From Yuukianura sp. NJ FZ-2021 (taxonomy: Eukaryota), in the NCBI GenBank assembly GCA_046563655.1, contig CM102284.1, positions 4,092,001 through 4,156,000 of the forward strand: a stretch of DNA of 64,000 nt. Direction: 5' to 3'. Below, one piece after another: positions 23,677 to 35,100 of the stretch. Position numbers and translations under genes: made by a program. Below the pieces are notes generated by a model that did no database searches, had not been told where the DNA came from, and was given only the letters and a program-made list of their open reading frames with translations. The stretch's first letter is position 1. Each line of letters starts with the position of its first letter.

Positions 23677-26600
23677 ATGATTGGACTCATTTTGAATTCC
23701 AGTCTATTTTTGCCGGCAGTTTTACTACTGACGGTCTTCTTCTTTTTGGTTTCTTGGAAACCCAAAGATCGGCAACTTCTGAAAAAAATTCCTGGTCCGC
23801 CAAAACTTCCACTTTTGGGAAACGCATTGCAACTCAGCGGTGAAAATCACAGTAAGATTTACTTATCAACTTCCCGGTTTTAAATTGTTCGTCGCATTGT
23901 TACACTTGACCTGCTGGGTCAATAGGGAACAAGTTTTAACAATTTTAAATTTAAAAAATTTAACGTAAGATTTTTTGATCTGTAGAACTCCTTGGCGTTC
24001 TTGGAGATTGGTTCAAACAATATGGAAGTCGACTTCACGTAACAATTGGCAGCAGTTCACGCGTATTTTTGATGAACAGACACGATGTGGAAGTAAATGG
24101 AACAAAATTTTTAAAAATTTTGAAATTTTTCTAAAATTTTTTTTTTTTTAGAAAGTCTTGACCTCCAGTGTTCATATTACGAAAAGCGTGGACTACAACT
24201 ACCTTCATGGGTGGATTGGCCAAGGATTGATTACAAACAACAATGGTAAGTATTTTCCGAAATTTCATCTAAATTGAACGTCAAATACTAACACTTTACC
24301 AACAAAATGAAACCGTTTTCGAAATTTTTGAAAAAAACTTTATGTTGTTAACTTTTAATTCTCATAGGTGAAACATGGTTTGTTCGAAGGAAGATGCTTA
24401 CTCCAGCATTTCACTTTCGAATTTTGGAAACATTTCTTCGAATTTTCAATGAGCAATCGGATATCATGGTTCAAATGTGGGATAAATTTGCTGCAAATCA
24501 ACAAGCATTCGACATTTTTCCATACATTACTCGATGTGCCCTCGATGTCATTTGTGGTAAGTTACAATCAGTTTCCATCATACTCCCGTCTAAACTGAAA
24601 AAACAGACTTTAATAAATTTTTACTTCATAAAGTGCGAACCTTGTTTCTACGTAATGCAAAATTCACCTTCTGTCAGAATCATTTGAGTCTTACACTTTC
24701 GATGACTACATCTAAACATGGAAGGGTTTTTGAAGCAGATGCTTCAAATGATGCTTTGTACAAAAAAATCAATTGTTACTTTGTACAAAAAAATCAATTG
24801 AAAAGTTAGCATTTCTTTATTTTAAGTTAAATTAGAATATGTTCAGACTTCAATCAATTACACAAATTGAAGTTTTTGATTCGGTTGAATTTTAGAGACA
24901 GCAATGGGTATCAAAATTAACGCCCAGAAAAATGCCGAGGCAGGAAACGATTCAGAATATGTGAAAGCAATTTATAGGTAAGGCAAGAAAATTAATTACT
25001 TTTTAATAAACTTGAATTACTAATTAATTCGCATTTAAAATTTGTTTTCAATTAAAAAAAAACAGGATAAGTGAAGTAGTTTTCCGAAGGAGTGTGAGTC
25101 CATGGCTTAATCCGGATTTTATTTGGAAACTTACACAAGGCGGTAAAGAAGAGGCACGGTGTCTGAGCATTCTTCACGGGTTAGCGAATAAGGTAAATCT
25201 AAAATTAACTTTTTTTTAAGGCTCACATCTACCCTGGATGGAGGACGCTGGACGCAGTGTTCCCTGTTTCGGTCACTTTTGCAAATTTTGGTCCGAAATG
25301 TTTCAAACGACTGAAATGATCTGAATGTCCGACCAAAGTGCTTACACGGTATGTGCACGAAGCATTTGCAAATCCTAGCCACACCTCCAACATTTTCAAA
25401 TCTACCGCGCCTCCAGTAAAGTTAAAATTAATTTGTGTCATTTTGGTTAACTGAATGTCGTTGGGCCGAAATGTCCGAAGGCGCTTTCAGCCGAACAACC
25501 GAAATGCCCAGTGACTGAAACTGGGAGACTCATTACAGCCATTAGTTCTGTTTTTCTAATGTCGTATTCTATCAGTTGTTTTTATGTTATACTAGTGCTG
25601 ACATTTTGTGTTTGTCATGTGAGGTTAGTTACAAGTATCGTGTTTCATAGGGTTTCAATTCTGCACTCTTGCGACAAAAATATTACATAAAAAAACTAAG
25701 TACTTCATCTTACTGTGATTTTTTAGGTAATTCGAGAACGAAAGCTGGAACTTTCTCAGGAAAAGTTGAAGAAAAATGGAAAAGTTGAAGAAAAAGAAAA
25801 TGAGGATGATATTTACACAAAAGGTTAGAAAAGTATACATGCCAATTTTTTTTTTTCAATTCGCAACCACGTGTTGTTACTTTCTCCCAAATCCGTTTTT
25901 AACAAAGTAAAAAGTAGCTCAACAATTAGAACTCAGATGCTGTATAATCCTAAACTTCCCAGAGTGCTTCTAGGTTAACAAAAAAGTATGAAAGCAAGCT
26001 CGTGTCAAAAGACCGGTAAAAAGAAACTAGTCATGTGAGAAATGGATTTCTGCGTGATTAGTGAAAGAAATGAATTGAATGATTCGAAAAGCGTCTTTTC
26101 TTGACACTTTGACACCTTTTCTGAACTCTAGGTAAGAAACGTCTAGCATTTTTGGATCTACTTTTGGAAGAGCAGGCAAAGCAAGATGGAAATACGAGTC
26201 CCGCACACGCACTGTCAGATCAAGACATCCGCGAAGAAGTTGACACGTTCATGTTTGCTGTAAGCTAAATTTATTGCATGATCAGATTCTTCTTCCAATT
26301 TTCAGATCAGAATATCTTAGATGGCTTAAGGTTATTTCAATTTTACAGCATCATAAAATTATTTTCTTTAAGGGTCATGACACGACTACTGCCAACATTG
26401 CATGGACATTGTACTGCATTGCGGCGAATCCAGACGTTCAGGTAACAACAAAAATGGTGCCTGGATCCTGAAATTTTTAACAATTCTTTACCGAAATTTG
26501 AAAAATGTCCAGGCCAAAGTTCATGCAGAACTCGACAGCATTTTTGAAGGCGAAGACAGACATATTAATTCAGAGGACTTGAGCAGAATGAAGTACTTGG

Positions 26601-27538
26601 AGTGTTGCATCAAAGAAGCACTGAGGTACTTAATCTAGGTGGAATAATTCTGCTCCACTTTGAGTTACCTATCCTAACATAGCCTAACCTAATTAATTTA
26701 ACTAACGTTAGTTACATGTTATTTTTTAGACTTTATCCCAGTGTACCATTCTATGCCAGGCATCTCTTGTCTAACCTTCAATTAGGTAAGAAGTCTGTTC
26801 ATTTCAAAATGGAAATTTTCTAAACCTTCCTAACTTTCTCTCTTGGACTTTTTTTTAAAATTCTGTCAAGATTTTGATATTTTTTAGACTCGGAAGTGAC
26901 TGTACCCGCTGGGACAGAGGTGTTTGTGATAACATTCTTTCTCCACCGAGATCCTGAAGTGTTTCCTGATCCTGAAGCATATATTCCTGAAAGGTTTCTG
27001 CCGGAAAATATGAATGGACGACATCCATATGCTTTTACTCCCTTCTCAGGTGAGGTCATGACACTCAAAAGTGGTTTAGACAAACAGTTCAAATCGGGAC
27101 AATGTAAACAATATGTACTAAATCTACATTTACTTTTATCCTAGCTGGTCCTAGAAACTGTATCGGTAAGTGCTCAATTTCAGAATTCAAAATTTCAAAA
27201 TAGGACTTGTTATTGGAAAAGACGGTTTTATTTTGAAAGCCTTCTTATTCCACCACTTCAACCGCACGTGGAAACTTTCACCCCCAACTTTCTCTTTTTT
27301 CCCAGTTTTCTGTTTTTTTATTTGATTTTAACATTCGTTTTTGAAAATGTTTTTCAAAGGCCAAAAGTTTGCAATGATGGAGATCAAATCAACAGTTTCT
27401 CACATTTTGCGGAAGTTCAATATTCATGCAATGGACAAACCGGAAGATGTGCTCATCAACGTTGAAATCATCCTACGCCCCAAGAATGGCATTCCGCTCA
27501 AAATTACTCCTAGAAAAGTAAATTCCGTTTCTTCTTAA
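23677..27538 (+). CDS. Cytochrome P450, CYP4 family (CYP4C/4V-like), ~14 exons
   Basis: N-terminal anchor plus '[14 protein letters not shown]'; '[17 protein letters not shown]'; '[10 protein letters not shown]'; I-helix '[14 protein letters not shown]'; '[16 protein letters not shown]'; 'PERF'; heme motif '[18 protein letters not shown]'. Confidence 0.95.
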
Positions 27539-29112
27539 ACACATTTACTAACTTTTTGGAAGAAACTGTAATTTAGAATTACCATTTCCAAATACAATAT
27601 CTTCGGCTTTTCTTGGGAATTTGAAATTTGGATCTGAAACTGTTGTTTTCAAACTTCTGTGATTTATGAAACTTTGTCTGAGAACAATTTTTAGCAACGC
27701 GGAGACAGATTTTTGGTTCCGCGATGAACTGAATTTTCGAGTGCAAAGGTCAAAATTTTTGGCTACTTTTGACCTTTTGACGTTCAGCATTTTTGAGTGC
27801 TATTTTGAGTCGGTTATTTATTAGGATAGAAAGTCTGGTGATGAAAAGCTGTTATGCATAGGTAATTGATTCCTGACTTTCGGGTTAGTTAAGGCTAATA
27901 TTGGACAGGAAATGAAGTAAGCGAAGGCGTTTGAACGTGACTAGTACGATGTAGGCATCACGAGGTTGTCTAATCAACGTCATCGTAACTGCTCGATCCT
28001 GATTACCTTAAGGTAATTGTAGCTTATATTAAGATGATGACCTAGATGACCTCTGACCCATAACATATAAAGCTCAAAATAGGTTGCTTAACATTTTACT
28101 GTTCAAATCGTGAATGATCCAAACGGGCTATTACGAAATGGTACGAGATAGAAAATCCATCAATGCAGCAGCTTTCCTCTTGAACGACCTTTGACCTGGC
28201 ACCTAGATGTTGCACAATGTCAAATGTCAAGTGGACACACTTGCAAGTTTATTGAACTACAGCTTGGAAAACGAAGAAAGCAAGCAACTTATAGCCATTT
28301 TTAGACGCAAGAATTGTTTGTGATGTGGTTCATGTAACTGCTCACCCAGGTTTTATTCAAAGACAACAAAAGAAAAATTCAATGAAAAAACTTTTTACGA
28401 ACTTTTTTTTTTTAATAATTTTTGTAATTTTCTGACAATTTCGACGCATATTTTTAATTATGTACACCTCACACGTCAGCATAACAATTCAAAGCATGGT
28501 TATTTCCATTTTGAAAGAAAAAAAAACTATATTGTTGTAAGAAAAAAATTTAGACAAAAGTTGTACAAAGCCAGAGAGAACTGAAATTTACTAGGTTTTA
28601 AAAGGAAACTATTGCAGAGACATTTACTAACAATTTACGAATTATATTATACTTATTTAATTATATAAATATAAATGGTTCTACAATCCTATAACATGGG
28701 AAAATTAAATATTACTTTAGATATGCAGTCAGGGTCATTACAAGTTTCAAAAAAGGTACTGACTACAGTTACACACAGACACAAGCACTATACCAATAAA
28801 TTAGTTGAATGAATTTGTATATTAAACGTTTAATTTAATGTTGCGTTTTTTTACTTATACGAAACGTAATTGTTTCGCAAATATTTTGTAGTTTCTAACA
28901 TCAAAAATAAGATTCTTTGTTCATTTGTCAGTATACAGGAGTTCATTTGTAGTAGAGGAGAAAGTAAAATTTGAAATTTGGACTGACTAGACATAACAAC
29001 GTTCAAATTCTTGTAATGCTGCAGTTTACTTAACCTATTTGACCTTAGGACATCCAAATTTTACTCATTGAAATTGACACTTTGACAACAGCCACATTTT
29101 GGAAATTGGCAA

Positions 29113-32100
29113 TTACAGAAACGACTCGAGGAGTGAGTCAGTGCGAGTCGCGTTTCGCGGCCTGTTTTTCCTACCGTGAACAGTTGCAGCAACCACTGCA
29201 GCGGTGTCACTTGCCGCCAGTTCTAAGTGTTCTTTTTCAATTTGATTCTGATCTTGGGAGGAACTTTCAAGGACTTGGAGGGGTATGGAGCTTGCGTGTG
29301 GGCTGGAACTGAATTGTGAACTGGATCTTGTGACCCCAGTGACCTGGTGACCCATTCTGCTCGCATCGGGAAACGTCTTGAACGTAGTGCATAAGTAGGA
29401 TGGACTCAAATTGACCGTAGTGGTTCTTCCGCCGTTGGAAATGACTGATGCGTTTCGAATGAGTTTTCCTTGGCCACCACTCTGAAACGTATAGGTGTTG
29501 AGCCGACGTTGGTGATTGAGGCAGAAGTGTTGGTTTTGACTTCCATCTCGGCGGAAAAATCGGAGTCGTTTGCAGAGCGGCACGTTCTCAATGGCAGATC
29601 GAAAACCAGATCGAAATCGGGAGTTCATCCAGGCGTAGATGAAGGGATTACAAATGGTGTGAGCCAGAGCCAGCCATTGGATAATTGGAAAGACGTAGGT
29701 CATGTACTCCCATGCCCAGATACTGGGATACAAGTCGCCAATTACCTGCATAGAAACAAAAAGAACTTTTGAGTTTAGGAGAGGTCAAGCAGGTCAAATC
29801 CACACGAGGTCAAGCATGGTTAGCTCTAAACCGAAGTGTAAAGGTGGAATTTCACTGAGGAATGAGGAAATATGATATGCACATCAAAAATTTGTTAGGT
29901 TTGGGCTTAACAGTGGATTCTTACGATTAGTTAAAGTTAGTTAGGTGAGGTATCGTTTAGTTACGAAATTGCACTTACGACAATTAAGTTGAACGGTAGC
30001 CAGGACACGGAGTAGACAGTTACTACCGTCAGCATCATTTTTATCATCTAAGGAAACAAAAGTAAAAATTTTTGTAAAAGCTGAAATTTTCCAAGGTTGT
30101 AAAATGCCAAACTGGAGCAAAGAGAAAGTTGATAAGTTATGCTAATTTCTAACATAAACTAAAATTTGCATGCAAAAATTGGCAAGAAGTTTTTAATTCT
30201 GCATAAAAATTAATTAACTTCAAAGTTTAGGCGTTCAGCGTATTAAAAAGCACTAAAACTTACGAAATGTGAAAACATGTTACTAAATAATAGTAACAAA
30301 AAGTTTAGAGTTACATTAGAAAAAAACAAACAGCTTGCAGTTTTCCTGATTTTCATATGAAAATTTCTTTGCTAATTCAATATTAAAAATTTGGCATTGC
30401 TGTGGATGTTCCTATGCAAGTCGTATATTCGCTTTGCAATTAATGACGCAAACACATAACGAAATTGTCGTCTTCGGTGCTTCTATAACGCAAGAGTCGT
30501 TCGATAGACGTTTCCTCTTTGAAGGTAATTTTTGGAAGTAAACTTTAGAATTTTTTCATCCAAATTTTTCGGATTCGAAAGATGCTGGAAGCGGCTGAGG
30601 AAGTCATTGAAATGTGATGAAGAAGAGCGGGGGAAAAGAACTTTAGGGAAAAAGGTGAAAATTGGAATTGTGAAAGTAATTTCAAATGGAAAAGCGGTGA
30701 AAGTACGGGAAAAGAACCTTTGGACTTTTCCCGCCTTATTTTTTCTTCTTCTTGTAGCGGAAAAAGTAGTGCACAGTTTAATTTTCATTTAGGAGTGCTT
30801 TCTCTGGCTTCCCATTTGCATTTGTAAAATGACTCATGAAAGTTACTTAGAAATGTAACCAACTTTCACTTTCATACATTTTATGCATTCATCACTTCGA
30901 AATTTTGAAACACTTTTAAAACATTTTCTGACAATAAGTGAGAATAGATTGAGCAGGCAGGCGTAACAAATGCACAACTTTTGATTACTTCAACTTTACT
31001 TTGGGCCAAGTTTAACTTAACCTATAGCCTTCAAAGATCTTTACTTGAAAACTTAAAATGTACTTTGATTAGGTTAACTTTCACAAAGTGAATTGTCAAT
31101 TAAGCTAATTTTCGGTTTGATGAAAGTGGGTTTTGACTAAGGTTATGTTGAATGAGGTTAGTTGAAAGCAATTCTTCGACTAGGTTAGATTCAGTTTCTA
31201 CTACAGGTTATTCCAATTGACTGAATAATCAAATACACTTTATATTTTTGGCATGTATCCAACTGAAATGGAATTGGATGTTATGAGAAAACAGGGGGCT
31301 GGGATTCCTGAAATGCTGAAAGTGCATTTCGATGTGTTCACGGTGAGTTGTAGTTAGGTTGATGGCTGATGGTAAACAGAACATAGTTCCGCAGTTCTTT
31401 GACTTTTGATCCAAGTCCACTCAGTACTGTATTGCTAATGACCTTTTGCCCCGCCCCTAAAGTAACGGTGTTGATTAGGTACAGAACCCCTGGGACGATG
31501 CCCTTCTGTATTAAAGTGAGTTCGTGAAATTGCTCAGGTTGACTGACGGCTGACTCTGTCCAATGTAACCCAAGGTCCAACGGACTTTATGCTATCCAGA
31601 AACAGCTTAATAACATGAACTAGTGAAGTGAAAGTTTCATTCTGCTTTCCATCAGTAAAGTCATTCACTGTTCAGGAAATATAAAATGCCACAACTTAGC
31701 ATTTAAACCACAAAATGAGCTCTTTTAACCATTTCCCATATGTTGACTAATCCAGTGACTAATACGCAAAGAAACTTTGTAAACATTTTCAAAATGATTG
31801 AGGGTGTGGTTTTGATTAGAATTTATTTGGCGCAAGCTGAGAACCGAGCGTGGTGAAATGTTCATTTGAATTGACGCGGAAACGATTTCTGCATTTTAAG
31901 TATTCCTCGGTTCCACCTCTTCAAACTTGTGTAGTAATTTTCCGTCTGTTCCTTGTTGTTGTTCTGCAAACTTAATAACCTTCGTGTCACTTTGACAGAT
32001 GGTGAAAGCATGAAGATTTGAGCCTTCAGTTAATTTGTTATTCAAGAGACTAGATTGTGCCGCTTTCCTTTGTAAGCTAATGTAAACCCATTGTTTCCAT

Positions 32101-35100
32101 GTTGTTTTCACCCTGTTCTATGGTTACAAATGACTTTGGGAAATGATGCTAAGAAGGGCTGTCGTCAAGACTTGGATATTCATTGCTCTTAAAGGCAACT
32201 TTCTCCACTTTCACTTCAAGACAGGAACAGCAGAAAACTTTGTGACTTTCACCTTGAAATACCCCCACCCCGTTTCAGCAGTTAGCCACCGCCCCATCCC
32301 ACTTACAACGTAATTACGTTCTACCTGCACGTCGATGTCTAACATGATACTGTTTTAGGCGTCATCGCTGTGCTGCGGTCAGGATAACGTTTGCACGCGC
32401 GTTTTTTTAAATTGGAGCCCTTGGGCGTCCAAAGATCCTCCTGACGCAAGCTTCCGACTTTTTTCAATTTTGGGTTAGATTCAATTTAAGTTTTGTGTTC
32501 AAGTTTCTTCAAGAGTTTCACAATGTCAAAATTGATTTCGAAGGAAAACTTGAAATTGAGTTGTTTTCGAATTGTTCTGACGCATGACCTGGAATGAATG
32601 ATTTCCTGGCGGAAGCTTTTGTTTGGAAGACAAAAGCTAACTTAACTAACCTTAACTTTTTTGTTGAAAGTGAAACATTGGGATTGTTTTTTCCGTTGTT
32701 TAGAAAACTGTTCTTAACTGGGATGAAGACAAAAGTGAAAGCAAAAGAAAGACTGAGTCAACGGACGTGAGGTAGGCGTGAACGTGACAAATGGTAGCTC
32801 TTAAGACTTTCTAAAAAATGTGTCTAATGACAAAGCCCAAGGCAGAGCAGTTCAAATTGGAAAGTAAATACGACTGAAGGAGAAAGTCTTCCGTCTCTGT
32901 CACTTGACTCATTTGCTCTTTGCTAAAGACAATGTGACTTTACAACTTCTTTTGGTTTAAGTAACAGCTTTATCTTCATCAAGTGTTGTAACAAATCTAA
33001 CTTACACAGCCTAACCTAGGCTAAATTCTCTCAAAAAGTGAAAGTTAACTTGTGAAACTAATCTTGTATGATTCAATTTTGTTCAGAAAGTTCTGGTTCT
33101 TTTGACGTTTTATAACATTTTAAAAAAGTTCTAGAGCAAGCATAGTGGTTTGTCTTTTAGTTTTGAACAAAATTATTTTTCACACAAGAGGTGAGGTTTC
33201 AGGTTAGATGATCGATTATAGGGTCACATTGAGTTTGTAACGTTAGGTTTTAGGTTAGGGTTAGTTGTCAAGTTAGATTATGGGGTTTGTAACCTGTTCT
33301 TGAGCTAATGTTATATGTCATTAGCTCTTTTTGATGTAATCTCCCGCCATCACTTCATGGGAAAACAGCAATCAACAAAAGACGCTTCAGATCTTTTGCC
33401 AGACGACCAACTCCGGAAGAAAGTAAATTCTCAAATCCAAACCAGCACAAAATCACACGCTCTTAACTCTTAAGTAGTACGACACAAGCCAAATGCAAAG
33501 TGCCGCCTCATGCATCATGCAGGTTGTGGTGGTTGTGCATTTGAACAGTTTTAGAAAGCGTCCAAGCGTCGTTTTTAGTAAGCGTTAGAGCCCTTTGTTC
33601 TAAAAAGACAAACAAGGCGTCATTTAAATGGAAAAGTCAGTTTGCATTTACGTCCAAGTGTGAGAGCCACTTCCGCCGGATCCTGGTGGCCTCCGGTGGC
33701 TCTGCTTGCACATCCGACTTGATCCGTTCACAATCGTATTCCTCGTTTGCAAGCTGCAACTGGTGGAGTAAGCGAGCGAAGCAGTGTTTGACCTTGACAT
33801 GCCACGGTGATTTCGCTGTGGCCCTCTGCCGATTCGCTGCTTCTTGGCCCGTCGACACTCGAGGGTTGAGGGACAGTGGCAGTGGACTTTGGTGAGAACT
33901 TGCATGAATGCGGATCGGAACCTCGCATTGATCCAGGCATAGATCAACCTAGAGAGGGAGCAGGGGCGGTTTAGCACAAAGTGATTGTAGCACAAAGTGA
34001 CTTTAGCACAAAGTGACCTTTGACCTCTAGTAACGTGCTTACGGATTATAAGTGGTGTGGGCCATGGCGAGCCAGTGACTGGCGAAGTAGAGGTAAATGA
34101 AAAAGTCGGGTGGGTTTTCAATGGCCGGGGGGTAGATCCCAAGGACAAGGTTCATGGTATTCATCGGGAGCCATGCCAAGGTATAGGCAACCACAACCGC
34201 CAGCGTCATGACAACGGTCTGTTAAACAATTAATAAACAGTCACAATTAACGCAACAACAAAACGCAACAACGGTGGACTAAACATTGTGCGCCGACAGT
34301 GGATACACTTGACATAAAAGTGACCGGACACCTATTCCAGACATCGTAACTTTAGTAGCAAGACAACCGATAGGAATGGCACGCTAACTAGGGTTACCCC
34401 GTTAATCCTCATATTTCGACACTTCAATGTTAAATTTCTCAACAAAATTTTCTCCGAATTTTTGCTTTTTTTTTTAAAAAAAAAATACAACTTTTTTCCC
34501 GTAACTTTCTCCGAAATGAAACAATACTTCGACATTTTCTCGAATCGTTACAACTTTCTCCGGAAAGAAACAACAACAATTTTCTAGCCCTTTTTCAAAA
34601 AAATCAAAATTAGGCTTGTTGCGCAACTTTTTCAGTGTTTGTCTTCCCTAATTGGACTTCTGAAATTTCACAAGTCCTTTTCTTCTTTTTCGAAATCCCC
34701 ACTTTCTAATGCCTAAAAACACAAACAGAAAAAAGTTGATGCTACAATTTTCAAAATTTTGAAAAGAGCACCAGAGCTAATGAAAGTTAAACAATGAAGT
34801 TAGTAGTACAAGCTTAAAGTTAAGCGACGTTCCTAATTGGCCCTAACTTGAATCCCTGGACGAACGAACCAGGAAGTAACTTATAAGTGGATTAGTTGCC
34901 TCATGAATAATGGCTTTTAGAACAGAATTTTGTAAGGACGCTGCTAGTCAAACGCTGTTCTACTTTAAAAGCAATTTGTCCAATCTTTTTAAAACAATTT
35001 CTTAAAAAAAGTAATTTTTCAAAAACATAATTCCTTCCTGAATATGACATGCTACTTTTCTTAACTAAGTGTTCCGAGTAATATCGATGAAGAAGCGGAA

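Noticed and set aside
25230-25531. Possible nested or decayed TIR element in a CYP4 intron (GTTTCGGTCACT ... AGTGACTGAAAC)
   Set aside because: Inverted match is short and degenerate with no TSD; boundaries cannot be supported.
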